The notes below the pieces were generated by a model that saw only the letters and a program-made list of their open reading frames with translations, made no database searches and was not told where the DNA came from. Positions 12,990 through 26,619 of a stretch of 64,000 bases of DNA are shown here, in pieces. This DNA comes from Camelus dromedarius (taxonomy: Eukaryota). Position 1 is the stretch's first letter; each line of letters opens with the position of its first letter. The translations under genes and the position numbers were made by a program. Location of the stretch: NCBI RefSeq assembly GCF_036321535.1, contig NC_087436.1:29824001-29888000 (forward strand), written 5' to 3'.

Positions 12990-13605
12990 CATTACAGGAA
13001 AGAGAGGAATAAAAGTTACCCTGGTTCTTAGTCACCAGAAAAAAAAAAATGAATTTTTACCAGGAGACAGAGAGCATGATATAAACATAAGATTTTATTA
13101 GTGAAGTAAAAAGGTAGTAAAGTAGAGTATACTCCCCAAAATTGGGTGCAGCCCAATCTGAAAGAGGGAAAATGACTCCTCTCCTTTGTTTTTTCTATTC
13201 TTATATCCTGGCTTAGGGGGCATTTTCGTGATTGATTATTGATGGCTTCTCGTCTTTGAGTGCTCAGGCTGATTGACAGCTCAAGTTCCCTGTGCTCAGG
13301 CACGCCCATCTCTTCTGTGCATGTTTTCACCCATGATGCACACAGAGAAACCTATGGGAGGGGACTCAAGCTGTAATGTTAATTACATTATAATGAGCAT
13401 TGGGTCAAGGTAAGCTGGTCCCTCTCTGTACTGTGCAGCTGCAGCATTTGGATTCTAGCCGACTTCTTTGCTGACCTTCATTTAGAGAGAGTAAAAGTTT
13501 TTGGAGCCTCTTATTCTGAGTGCAGGTGTACCATTATTTTCTGGTTTGCTGCCTCCCCCTTCCTCTCCCCTTGCCCAGTGCTCATTTCTATCAAACTGCC
13601 TAACA
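12990..13605 (-). mobile_element. ERV1-like solo LTR (~615 bp)
   Basis: Right terminus ...ctgcctaaca, minus-strand AATAAA ~13094-13099 and TATA ~13199-13205; near TSD atag/gtag; left terminus degenerate. Confidence 0.7.
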
Positions 13606-15869
13606 GTAGCAGTGAACTTCTACTAGTCTGTTTATGTATAAGGCTTAATGTAGGAAATAGAATGTTGGCATTAGGCACTAAATGCCTCTGTTATTCATGG
13701 GTTATTGAGACTTTCAGTACATATTTAGGAGGACTGAGGAATGGACACTATTTTTATACTAGAATACTCATTTCTAACACATATGAGAAAATCAATAGGA
13801 AAGTGAGAAAATCTAGTCAATTTGAGATGTTGAAGAGTGAGAATTCCATATGCATAGCAGTTGGAAATTATTTTTGCTATTTACTTTTCATAGAATATAA
13901 TAATGTTGGCAAATGAACAAGGCAATTCCTAGCTGAATTATAAAATTATTTACAGAACTTTCAAAGATATTGATCTCTCTTGTTTATAAGTAATTCATGG
14001 GACAATTTTAAAAATAGATAAAATATCTGGTAAATAAGCTTCAGGGCATCACAGAATAATTAAAAATAAACTTTTCTATTCCAATAGCTTGAATTTCCAT
14101 TCAGCATAACTGTGCATGAGAAGTCTATTGGCAGATTACTTGCTAACATAAAGCTGAAAAAGATTTCTACATTAAGCTGACAAAATTTTCTCTTTCTCCT
14201 TTAAAATGATCAATATTTTATCTTATTAATTTAGCTTTCTTTAACTGCTTATAATTTGAACTGAGTTATTGGAGAGAAGAATGATTTTTAAATTATCTGT
14301 AAAAATAAGAATAGCTATTCTTATCCAGGATGCCAATCTTACCAAGAAATGTTAGAAATAATGTAAGCAAAACTCTAAAGAAAATAAACATCATTGTCTG
14401 TCTAGGCATATGCCATGTGCGTCTTCTGTTTGAGCATTCCCTATGACTGACTGCCTTTTCACTTTTATTGACTTTAGACATGTTCTATTCATATAGTTTC
14501 TACCTTCACTTGATCCTTATTGGTTGTGTTTTGGCATCTGATCAACCCTGTATCACTATTTAGAATCCTGGGTACTGTTGCTCTTCCACTTTCACTGTTC
14601 CTTAATGTGAGCAGGTGATCACTTTCCTCATAATTAAATATTATGAGATTATTGTTGGATGTATTTTCCACATTGGTACACTGGTTTAGAAATGTATAGG
14701 AAGTTTAAATGTGTAGAAATACAGGTAGAGATGGCAACAGCACTTACCTGTAGTTCCTGATAACTGAATTATTAGTCAAATTAAAAGATACGTTGAGACC
14801 TCCCCCCCCAAGAATGTGTAGGTAATTTTCATTCTGTATTTTATTGAGGAAAAAAAAAATGAAGGGCCATAACTACTTGTACTCTCACTGCTAGCACATT
14901 TCCCACTGAGAAAAAGTTAGCATATTCAGATGTAAAATAATAAAGAACTATAATATACCCTAACATCCAATTGGGGAAAAATATCATAATTGTATACGTA
15001 TGTTAAATTAGTCAAAAGCTGATAACTTACAGCATATGATGCATTTACCTTCAGCTTGTTGAAGGGAATCGTAAGTGAAACATGAAGCCCAATCGAATCA
15101 ATTCAACCATGAAAAATAAAATGACTAGTGGTCATCTATTTTTATTAAAATAATAAAGTACTAGGAGAGAAACTCAATTTTTTTGAAACAGCTGTATATC
15201 TGCTTAATTTATTCATATTATGTTCATTGTGCTTCAAAATTAAATGGCTGCTTTAAAAAATGATACAAAATTACATATTCAGAGATACTTTCCAGCGGGT
15301 TAATTGAAAACTGCTTATGAAGGCATCACCACAAGCCACAAATTGAGGCTGTTTTCATAAACTTGCTCTAGCTGAGATGCTCAATGTGCAGATTTGCTGA
15401 TATACAGTTTTATGGAGAGCATTGTTTATTCCCAAGAACTCAAGGAGTAGACATTTTAAGAAGAAAAATCACATTAAGTTTTGTTGAATCAAGTGGATTT
15501 TATTTTAAGAAAACTACTTAGAATTCTCTTTTTAAAAGGCGATTGTTCTGAAATCTGACAAAGCTAAATGGATATATTTGATACTTGTTATAACTCTATT
15601 TGGTTTAGTTGGTCATAATGTAACCATCCCTAACTTAAATTTATTAAAAAATTTTTAAAAGGCAAAAATTAAAATGAAAATGGCCAAACAGTACTGGAAA
15701 ATGATCAAGTACTAGTTTACAGAAATCAAGGATTAATTTCCACTAATTATGGAACGATGAAACTATTTGATTAAATATTAAAATATATTGAAGATAGTAG
15801 GAAAACAGCTTCCCTGGTGATCCCTGGTACAGAAATCAGGTTAACACTCTGTGCCTATTTGATATCATT

Positions 15870-16510
15870 TTTTTCTTTTAATGTTTTTATGAAACCATGG
15901 CAACTTAAAGAAAGTTGCTAAAGCAATACCAAGAACAGCCATGTAACTTTCAACCAGAGAATCCTTTCACGTTCACAAACTGCCCCAATACTTTTTATAG
16001 GAAATTAATCCACTCCAGGAGACTATTCCTCCAGGTTCCATTTCTTTTCAGTTCCTTCAATAAAGATGTTTCCTAGTCCTTCCTTGACTTCCACAACATC
16101 CCAAACAAATCTGGTGGCATATAGAATCTATTTGTCTCATCAGCAGTGGTTTTAAGTATGATCATTTGAAAGGTGATGCTTTCCAGGTTTCTCTATCATA
16201 AAATTAGTCTTCGTTTGCTTTATAATTAAGCATTGTGTATTGATATACTATATAATATAATGTGACATGGCCTAATATAATATGTAATTATATAAGTAAG
16301 TAATATTTAATTATTTCATGAGGAAATGGCTTTGAGACAATGCAAATACCTCATTTCTCATCCATTTATTCACCCACTAGGTGTAGTATCCATTGATGTT
16401 TCTTGACTTAATTAGATACTACTATGATGGTTGTCAAATAATGACTTAGGTATATCATCATCTGTTTCCTATTTATTGATTGACATTCTTTGCGAAATTA
16501 GCTCTTTCAA
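15870..16510 (-). mobile_element. Old L1 3' fragment (L1MC/ME-like)
   Basis: 'acttaaagaaagttgc..aagcaataccaagaacagccatgtaactttcaaccag', 'ttttaagtatgatcatttgaaaggtgatgctttccagg'. Confidence 0.5.
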
Positions 16511-16639
16511 TAAATAAATAAATAGGAGAAGAGGAGCTACTTATATACTATATAATTATATTATTAAGTAATAAACATAATAATTTTAGATTTGTAATTA
16601 CTCCCAAAAAGGCATTCAAAACACATAAAACAGAAATTA

Positions 16640-18390
16640 TTTAATTAAAACCAAAAAAGTCCTATCTAAAAATACAGTATGAGATTTCAGCATTCCTTTC
16701 TCAGTAATAAATAAACATACAGAAGATTAGTAGGGAAATTGAGTCTTGAAAAACACTACCAAATAATTTTACCAATTTGACATTTATAAATGTCAGTGCT
16801 AAAGAAATAACAACAGAATATGCATTTTTTCACATGTGCAGGAAATAATCACTATGTTGGGCCTTATTCTGGTCCTTTAAGGAAGTCACAATAAATTGTT
16901 GATTTTTATATGATATAAAGTAATCTCTCTTTTCACAAAAATGAAAATATAACTCAATAATAGAATGCTGTTGGAAAATATTCAAACTTTTGGAAATCGT
17001 ACCATAAAGTTCAAAATAATCCAAGGTTCAAGAAAGTATCACAAGTGATATCAGAAAATTGCTTAGAAATGAATGAAAATGAACAAATACCATATCAAAA
17101 ATTAATGGATACAACTAAAGCAATGCTTTGAAATAAATTTTACAGCAATATTTATTTATATTAGTATATTCATTTGCTTGGGCTGCCACAAAAAATACCA
17201 CAGACTGGAGCAGGAAAAAAAAATATTTTCAAACAGTTCTAATGGCAAGATGTCAAGTGCCACCTGATTAAATTTCCGAAAAGGACTCTTCCTGGCTTGC
17301 CTTCTCACTGCTGTAACCCCACACGGCCTTCTTCTATGCACATGTGCAGAGAGGAAGAACTCTCCAGGGTCTCTTTCTCTTCTTATAAGGCTATCAGCCT
17401 TAATAGATTTGGTCCTCATCTTTATAACCCAACCTTATTAACCTCCTTAAAAATCCTATCTCCAAATACAGCCACACTGGGGGTTAGGGCATCAACCATA
17501 TCAATTTTGTGGGGGCACAATTTAGTCCATAGCAATTAGGAAATAGATAAAAATATCACATCAATGATACAAGCAAATTAAAACCAAAGTAAACAGAGGG
17601 ATATATAATAAAAATAAGATTAAAAAATAAAAAAACAAGACCAATATGGAATATCAATGAGATCAAAAGCTGGATTATTAAAAAATGAAAAAAAAAATCT
17701 AGACATAGTCATCAATAAAATACAAGAGAGAAGATAGAGATTACTAAAATGAGTAATGAAAGAGGGAGTATCACCAATTACAAATTATAAAATTATAGTC
17801 AGCATATATTTTTAAGAAACTGTATGCAAATACATTTTTAAGTTTGGTAAAATGAACAATTTTTTGACAGACAACAGTAAAATTCACTTAAGAATAGTTA
17901 ACATGAATGTCTTGAATCTATTAATTAAATTAATTCATAGTTTAAAACCTCTTACACAAAGATTCCAGGTCCAGAAGCTTTCACTAGTGTAGTCTCACAA
18001 ACATTTAAATAGTAAATAATGTACAGTCTACACAAGGTCTTTTACAAATGGAAGAACAGGCAACTTACCAATCAATTGTACATGGCACATATTACCCTGA
18101 TGCCAAAACCATACAAATAGATTAATGGGAAAGTACAGACCTATATTTTCCATGAATATTGATATAAAATTTCTCAGTGAAATTTTAGCATATCTCATCT
18201 AACTGTCATAAAAAGCACAATTCATCATGAAAATGTGTGGTTTATTCTAGCAATTCAAGGTTTATTTAGCAAATACAGCTATGTTATTTACCACATTAAC
18301 ACTAAAATAGAAAAAAATCTATAAAGGATTATTTCTATAGATGGAGAAGAACATTCAATGAAATTGTACTCAGGTTCATAATAGAAAAAA
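16640..18390 (+). mobile_element. Old L1 ORF2 fragment (endonuclease to early RT), interrupted by MLT1A
   Basis: A-rich; motifs 'atatcaaaaattaatggatacaactaaagcaatgct', 'aatatcaatgagatcaaaagctgg', 'ccaggtccagaagctttcactag', 'attaccctgatgccaaaaccatacaaa'. Confidence 0.8.
17165..17534 (-). mobile_element. MLT1A/B-like MaLR solo LTR (370 bp)
   Basis: 'gggctgccacaaaaaataccacagactgg...tcttcttataagg...ctatctccaaatacagccacactgggggttagggc...ttagtccatagca'; perfect 5-bp TSD ATTAG (17160-17164, 17535-17539). Confidence 0.9.
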
Positions 18391-18439
18391 GGAGGCTTCT
18401 GCACAAGGAATATTTTTTAGCAAGGATAAAGATGGACAT

Positions 18440-19470
18440 GGCTCAGTTCATCCAAAGAAGCTGATAATCCAAAATATATTTCTATGCAATAACAAAAAAA
18501 TTCTGTATTTAAAATACATCAGGTAAAACTAACATAACTGAAAAGAATAATATACAACTCCACATTTATATTTGAATATTTCATAAGTACATTTGTTATT
18601 ATTAAAAATAAATGAAAAATGTGTAGGTATATCAGATAATTTGATGACATAATCAAATAACTAGGTCTAGGACATTTACAGAATAGCTCATTTATTGCAA
18701 GCAGAAACTTTTTTTTTATATTTCATTAACACTCAGTGCATGCTAAGCATTTTTTAAAATTGCAACAAATTTAACATAATTGGATCATATGTTCTCTGAC
18801 CCACTAGAATTAATCAGAAATGAAAACAGAAAAAAATCTGGGAATGCTCAAATATTTGGAAATTAATAAACCTCAGAATGCCCCTTGGTGTCAAATAGTA
18901 AATCAAAAGAGAAATTAGAAGGTTCTTTGGTCTCGATAAAAATAAAAACACTACTGCTTCAGGATTACCTAGGGGAAAATTTATAGCTTTTAATGCTTAT
19001 GTTAGAAAAAGAGAAATGTCTAAGTCAATGAGGCAAGTTTCTACCTTAAAAAGTCAGGAGAAAAGTCTATTAAAATCAGAGAAGAAAAAAGTAAGAATAG
19101 AGGTAATGTAAATTTTTAAAAGCGTTAAAGAAATACCAAAGGAAAAAAAATCTAAAGCTAATCTTGGATAAAATCAGTAAATTGATTAACTTCTAGATAG
19201 AGAAATATAGAAAGAAAACCCAAAGCAACTACTGACAGGAATTTAAGGGGAGAGGACTGTGGAATAGACCCTATAGATCTATTGATGGTAAAGGAAATTA
19301 CAAAAGCTTCATGCCAATAAATTTGATAACATTTGTGATTTGAAAAGCAAAACCATATTAAAGATTACACAAGAAAAAATAGCATATCTGTATAGATTTT
19401 TAAATATATCGAAGATATTTAATTCAAACCTCCAGGCTCAGGTGGCTTCACTGTCAAATTTTATTTTCCT
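18440..19470 (+). mobile_element. Second old L1 ORF2 fragment (endonuclease/linker region)
   Basis: 'aaaatacatcaggtaaaactaacataactgaaaaga', 'tgttctctgacc', 'aaatatttggaaattaa', 'ggggaaaatttatagcttttaatgcttatgttagaaaa', 'ccaggctcaggtggcttcactg'. Confidence 0.8.
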
Positions 19471-19549
19471 TAAATAGGAATATTTTACAGTGATCATTAG
19501 ACAAGAGTAGATTCTGAGAATTCTTAAATAAATTTCTTACCTAAACAAA

Positions 19550-21615
19550 ACTTTTAAAAATTAAATTTACCTTTAAAGCAGTTTTAAGTTCACAGCATGA
19601 TTTAGGGGAAGATACAGAGAATTCCCAAATATCCTCACTACCCCCACATATGCATAGCCTTCCCCATTATCAATAGCTTCAACCAGAATGATGTGTTTGT
19701 TACAGTTAATAAGTCTACACTAATACATCACAGTCACCCAAAGTCCACGGTTTACATTATGGTTCTCTCTAGATGTTGTATATTCTATGAATTTGGACAT
19801 GTGTATAAGGACATGTATCCATGATTATGGTGTGCTACAGAATATTTTCATTGCCCTAAAAATCCTCTGTGCTCTACCTATTCATCCTCCTCCTCCACCT
19901 CCACCCCCCAATCACTGATACTTTTGCTGTTTCCATAGACTTGCCTGTTCCATAATGTCATATAGTTGGAATCATACAGGATGTGGCATTTTCACATTGG
20001 CTTCTTTCACTTAGTAATATACACATGAGGTTTCTCCATGACTTTTCATGAAGAAGAATGCTCATTTCTTTTTAGTACTGAATAATACAACGTTGGCTGA
20101 ATGTGCCACACTTTATTTACCCATTCACCTCTAAAGGATATGCTCCTACATTTTGGCAATTATGAATAAATCTGCTATAAAGACTGTGTGCAGATTTTTG
20201 TATGAACATACATTTTCTACTCCTTTGGGTAAATACCTGAAAGTGTGATTGCAGGATCATGTGGTAGAATTATGTTAGTTTTACTGCTGAACCACCAAAC
20301 TGTCTTCCAAAGTGGCTATACCATTTTGTATTTCCACTAACAGTGAATGAGAGTTCCTCTTGTTCCTCATTCTTGCCAACATTTAGTGTTTCAGTGTTCC
20401 AGATTTTGACCATTCTAATAGGTATGTAGTGTTAGTTCATTGTTGTTTTAATTTGTATTTCCCTGATGACGTGTGAAGTAGAGTATCTTTTGATATGCTT
20501 TTTTGCCATCTGTGTATTTTCTTTGGTAAGGTCTTTGGCCCATCTTTAAATCCCATTGTTCGATTTCTTACTGTTGAATTTTAAGTATTCTTTGTATATT
20601 TTGGATAAAAGTCCTTTATCAGTTACGTATTTTACAAATATTTTATGCCAGACTGTGGCTTTTCTTCTCAATCTCTTGACATTGTCTTTTGTAGAGCAGA
20701 AGTTTTTAATTTTAATGAAGTCCAGCTTTTCAGTTGTTTCTCTCGTGAACTGTATCCTTGGTGTTGTATTTAAAGAGTCATTTTCATACCCAAAGTCATC
20801 TAGGTTTTCTCCTATGCTATTTCTATAATTTTTATAATTTTGCATTTTACAAAATGTGATCCATTTTGAGTTAATTTTGTGAAAAGTGTAAGATCTATGT
20901 AGACTTTTTTTTCTTTTTTTGCACATGGATGCCCAGCTTTTTCAACACCATTTGTTAAAAAAAAAATCTTTGTTTTATCACGTTACCTTTGCTCCTTTGT
21001 CAAAATATAGTTGACTTTATTTATGCAGGTCTGTTTCTGGGCCCTCTGCTCTGTTCCACTGATCTATTTGTCTGTTCTTTTACCAATACCACATTATCTT
21101 AATTGCTGTAGCTTTATAGTAAGTCTTGAAGTTGGTTAACACCAGTCCTCCAACTTTGTTCTTCTTCAGTATTGTGTTGGCTATTTTTTGTGTTTTGCCT
21201 CTCCATATACTTTAGAATCAGTTTATTGATATCCACAAAATAACTTGTTGGAATTTGGAATGAGATTGTGTTGAGTCTTCAGATCACATTGGGAAGAACT
21301 GACATCCTGATGATATAGATAATATATTGGTAATATTGATTATGCATATATATTCCTATTTATCTCCTTTTATTTAGTTCTTCTTTGATTTTGTTCATTA
21401 GAGTTTTGTCATTTTCCTCACAAATCTTTTATGGAGTTTATTAGATTTATACTTGAGTATTTCATTTATTTAGGTGCTATGGTGAATAACATTGTGTTTT
21501 TAATTTCAAATTCCACACATTCATTGCTGGCATATAGGAAAGCTATTGCCTTTTGTATATTAATCTTTTATCCTGCAGTCTGGCTATAATTGTTTATTAG
21601 TTTCAGGTAATTTTT
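19550..21615 (-). mobile_element. L1 (L1MC1-like) 3' ~2 kb: ORF2 C-terminus plus 3' UTR
   Basis: Recalled L1MC-type 3' UTR ('agcagttttaagttcacagc...cacccaaagtcca..gtttacatt...ccctaaaaatcctctgtgctc'); ORF 20546-20926(-) reads INSKWI...KLDFIKIKNFCSTKDNVKR...DKGLLSKIYKE, i.e. L1 ORF2p. Confidence 0.92.
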
Positions 21616-21859
21616 TTACCTCAAAATTAAATGAACTTTCTTGATAATACAATATTTTTGTCTTCTATAAACATTACTAAGCAAAACTTAGAAAAAAAAA
21701 TTTCATTGAAAATATTAATTAAATACCTGATTGGAAATACCCTATTGTAGCCAATGTCCAATTCTTTGAGAATATTTTACTGAATAATCATAAAAACATG
21801 ACCCATGATTACCTTATTGTGGGAGGACACATCACGGAAGATAAATGATCATCAATACA

Positions 21860-22305
21860 GAAAGTAGACTATAGGCAATTTTGATGCAATAGACAATAGA
21901 CAAAAATATCTGCCTTTTTCTTACAGTGTTGTTAGTGGAAATAGAATGGAAAGTAAGTATCTCACATAAATAAATTCCAGAATAGTTTAACAAATGGTTA
22001 ATTCAACTAACAGACACAAATAATGAAAAGGATTGCTCAAGGAAAGGATACATATTTGTAAGTGGTCAGTGTTGACTTTATTATGGCAATGAATATTGAA
22101 CAAGACTTGCAAAAGACAGGGAAAAGCCATGTGAATATCTGGGTCAGAATATTTTGGACAAAGACAAAAGACAGGACAAAGCTCTGGGACACAGCCATTC
22201 TTAGCATAAGAAAGCTGGTGTGATTGGAATAGAATGAGCTAAGGGTAGATTTTAGGGTGTAATGAAATACCAACTTTAGGCTATTCAAGGATTTTTGTAA
22301 TTGCA
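21860..22305 (-). mobile_element. L2 fragment
   Basis: 'aaagccatgtgaatatctggg..agaatatttt', 'aagaaagctggtgtgattggaatagaatgag'. Confidence 0.6.
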
Positions 22306-24307
22306 AGTTATATCTTCAAATGACTGCAATCCAATACTCTCATAAATTGTATTAAAGTTTTAATTTTCCTAGTGATGCCACTTTCTTTGTCATACCTTCC
22401 CAATCATGTCAATTTTCAATCACCATGTCCTACACATACTGCCATATGTATTCACTCATTCTATAAGTTGTTCAGTGTACAATTCTAATACTTTAACCTA
22501 AATTGCTGGGAATTCAGTATTTGTTTCTATCTTCCCTATTATATATTGGCTCTTATTATCCCCTTTCTTAAAACCTATGTCATAGTCATACTGTGAATTT
22601 AATATTTTCCATTATTCTTCTGTTTCTTAGGCAGTATTTATATTTGTTTCAATGCTATAATATCCACTTATTTTTGTTTAACAAATATTAAACAGTTAAA
22701 TAATTCATGAACCCTTTCAAAATTCAAAGTTGCATAGTTTTCTTAGCTTCAATTTTATCATCTGCAGTAAATCAGAACATCTTGAATTATAACTGCATTA
22801 AAACTTTCTTAAGATATCTTAAAGAGTACTTGGAATATGTTCTATATTGTATTATATATATATATATAATTTTCATCCCTTCATTTTCTGATTTATTTTA
22901 GCCCTTATGCATTAACAGCTTGACAGCATCTATAACCACCATCATGTATTTGTCTCGTTCATTTGTTTTCTTTTTTATGCTTCACAAGTACATACATTCC
23001 TTGGAATCAGGAAATTTGTCTCTGCTTTATTTTAATGCCCCACTCATCTGCTCAGCAGTTTCTTTAACATAAATGTTCCATAAATGTTTGTTAAATGATT
23101 AGTGTTAAATTATGTGAATGCTTTACTCATTGAACTATCAAAAGAGTGCTCTCCTTTAGGGTTAAGGCTTCTTTGTCATACCATAGCATTTTAACTCTTT
23201 TGCAACATTTAAAAAATAAGACATCTTTAGGAATTAATTAAAATGAATATTTATACTTATAAAATCATGGATTGTTAAAGTATAGTAAGATAACCACATA
23301 CATTTTGGAGGAAAAGAATGAAATTTATTTTTAAAGAACCTCAAATTATCATCCTCCTTACTTTCATTTTCTATAGATTAAATTTTTATCTTGTATTTTA
23401 TTTTTAAGTAAAGCTCTTAGAATTAACCATAAAGGGATATATACATGAAAATATTTAAGTCAACTTAATCTATGGAAATGTTATTAGCAATGTTATTAGC
23501 TAAGTTCAAGTAAAATTACATAAAGAGCAGTAATGCATTTTATTTTCTTTCTCACATTTTCCTGTGAGTCTTGGAAGTTTACATAATTATTTTAATTAGG
23601 GTTATAAACTTCTACCTGGGCAGGTGAGAGGCTAATTACCTAATTTATATGCAAACTGAGCAATTTTCTGTAGGCTCTTTACCACTTCATCTTTTCATTT
23701 AATTTTCTCTATTTAAATCAATTAATACTTACTTTGTTTTTGTTCTGTTTAAATGAATGGCTAAAAATTACCCTCAATGTAAACTCTATGTGGATAGTTC
23801 AAATAAGGAGTATTTTATACCCAATATATTTTGGGTGAAAGTACCTTTAATGTTTACTTGTATTTGTTGTGTTTACTTATATTTGTACAAGGCATATTAC
23901 ACAATTGAAAAGAATTAGCATATAACGTCCATGTTAGTCTTAAACTTAATACAGTAATTAGTGAGGAGAGCAAAAATGAGTAATAAGAAAGCACAAGAAG
24001 CATCCACTTCATCATTGTAACAGGTAGTAGAGTATGAGGTCACAAAATATATTTATTTTTACTTATTCTGAGATTAGCACCATACCTAGAACATAAATAT
24101 TGCATAAAAATTTTTGAACAAATGAACAAAAATACTTGCACTTAGATCTGAAAAGATACATAGTTGCTGGGATGTCATCATAGTCATTTTCAGTGCAGTT
24201 ATCATTATTTGTGGAGAAATTCAGAACAGTGAGTGGTTTTTAAATTAAGTTTACATGTAGGTCATCAGATTTAAAATGCTAACTCTGTTTCAATCACCCA
24301 GGAAATT

Positions 24308-24338
24308 ATTTATATATATTATATATATATATATATAT
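24308..24338. repeat. (TA)n microsatellite, interrupted
   Basis: Direct reading. Confidence 0.85.
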
Positions 24339-26384
24339 GTAAATGTGTTTATATATACATATCACCTTTGTTAGAATTATTCAGATTCTTTTCTTCAAAT
24401 TATTAAACTTTCTAGCTCTCTTTCTCTAATAGTGAAAAGAATTACACACGCAGACACAAACACAGTCAAGTCACAGGCATTGCATTGCTGGTATTTTCAG
24501 TAAGATATTTTCATTGGTATTTTGAATAGAATTTGGATTTTTTTTTAACTAAGGGTAGCTCAAACCAAGAATGATGGTCTAAGAGAGTAGTATAATACAA
24601 AATCATTGCATTCCTTAATAGGAAGGGAAAATATGAATCATGTCAACCACCTGAAATAACAGTTAAATTGTATCACAAAGATATTAGCCAATTATACTTG
24701 GGGAAAAAAGTCATACAGGCACTAGGTAAAACATTGTCCTTTTCCTCTGTTGGAGGGCGTTTATTCTTAGACATGTGTGCTTTCTTCCCAAGGGGTGAGA
24801 TTGACCTAGAACCCTATGGAAAGCCCTTCACCATTAAGCTTGCCAACTATTTGTCAGAAATGATTAGTGGAGAATAAAAGAAGAAAATCTCCCCTGTTGA
24901 TAATAGTGGGCAAATAGAAGAGACTCTGAAATTGTACTAGGGAATCACATTTGTTCAGGAAGAACATGTTACATTTAATAATATATATCACTGACCAACT
25001 TTTTTTCCCACATATTCCTGGGATGAATCTTTTGAATTTGACAGATCTGAGATAATAAAAAAGCTCTGTGCCAACACACAAATGTGTGCCTTGTAGTCAT
25101 TTTTACTATAAACAATAACTTTGTGCTGTCCACAATTAATTGTGGTATACTCTTAACCATACTTTTTGAAACTTACTTTAAGTATCTCTGGATTTATAAT
25201 AATACAACACGTATATTTTATGTAAAAGAAAATGAGAGATTTTATTACAACTCCATTTTGGCATATATTCCTGAATATATTACAACACAAAAACTGAAGA
25301 AAACTGTAAATTTTCCTAAGCAAGTTCATAAAAGCCTCACATACCTTATTATGAAATCAGCATTAATGCTGAGGTGATATTTTTATTTACTATATTTATA
25401 TGATGAATGAGAATTCTTTGGCTATCATTTTGAATCTTTTCCTTCATGGGGTAAACAAGACAACACATATTTGCAATAATGGAAAATGTACCATGCAAAA
25501 TTTGTTCCATAAATTTGAACAAAATGTGCTATAATTTTGTAGGTATATTGACCTACACTAGATCTATATGTTGTATAAGGCAAAATATCCTAAATAATTG
25601 AGATTAATATTGGATTATTAGGTTCAATAATATTTCATGTTAAACATTGAAAAATATTATCACATTTTTTTAAAAGGCAAAAATACATTAACTCAACTCC
25701 CAGGAGAAATTTAAGTTTCATGGTTCTGTATGCCAATAACCTTGAAGTTCAAATGTTAACTTTTTATCTTCATTTTATTTAGAACATATTGCAAATCCTT
25801 AATTCAAAAGGATGGATTCTTATTTTTAAAAGTAATCTTTGCCTTTTTTTCCCTGTAGTAGTGCAGACTAGAAACCCTAACCTGTTTAACCACTAAAAGA
25901 ATTTTTTAAAGTTGGATGAACATAGAAATATATTCCTTTAATACTACAATGAGCAAATAAGAATATAAAAATTACATAGAAAACAAGCTTTCATCTTGAG
26001 AGTATATACTGATTCTTTTCATAAGGATGAGCTCAGATATTTTGGAATTCTGAAGAGAAGAGATACTCGTTAGAGATGTTGGAAATCAAAAGGCAATCTG
26101 ATGTTGAGTTCCCTGGGTTTTGTTTTTGCTTCCTGCGTATCTCAGCCTGGGTACGAGGAAACAGTGTGCACAGACAAAAAAGATACGTGAAAGCCTTTTC
26201 TCTCTAGCCAGAGGGCTGGAAAGAATGCACTTATAGAATGGAACCCTTTACTTCATCCACTGAGTGCCAATAGGACCTACCTAATTGTGACAAACACAAG
26301 TGTCTCCAGACATTTCCAATTGTCCCCACAATGTTACCATCACTGTTAAAAACATTATAAAAAAGAATTCACCAGGCCTATTCT

Positions 26385-26610
26385 CTATCACCATGTTTCA
26401 TTGGCAAGTTCTATTAAACATTAAAATAAGAAAGAACACGAGTTCTATACAATTTTTCCAGAATACTAAAGAGGAAGGAACACTTCTCAACTTATTTTAT
26501 GAGGCAAGGATTACACTAATTCCAAACCAGACAAAGGCAGTACAAAACAAACATTTTAGACCAATATAGCTCATGACTCTAGAGGCAAAAATCCTCAATA
26601 AATTGAATAA
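26385..26610 (+). mobile_element. L1 ORF2 fragment (RT start)
   Basis: ORF 26300-26569 tail FFQNTKEEGTLLNLFYEARITLIP...FRPI is an L1 ORF2p motif. Confidence 0.85.
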
Positions 26611-26619
26611 AAATATTGT

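Noticed and set aside
9900..13605. Neighbouring LTRs as paired ends of a provirus
   Set aside because: The LTRs are dissimilar, each has its own TSD, and no gag/pol/env or primer-binding site is seen between them.
14741..15120. Minus-strand splice donors (cacttacctg, atttacctt) as coding exons
   Set aside because: No convincing acceptor with an open frame; the frame checked near 15050 contains a stop.
20546..20926. L1 ORF2-like ORF as an active gene
   Set aside because: Short fragment of a truncated, frameshifted L1.
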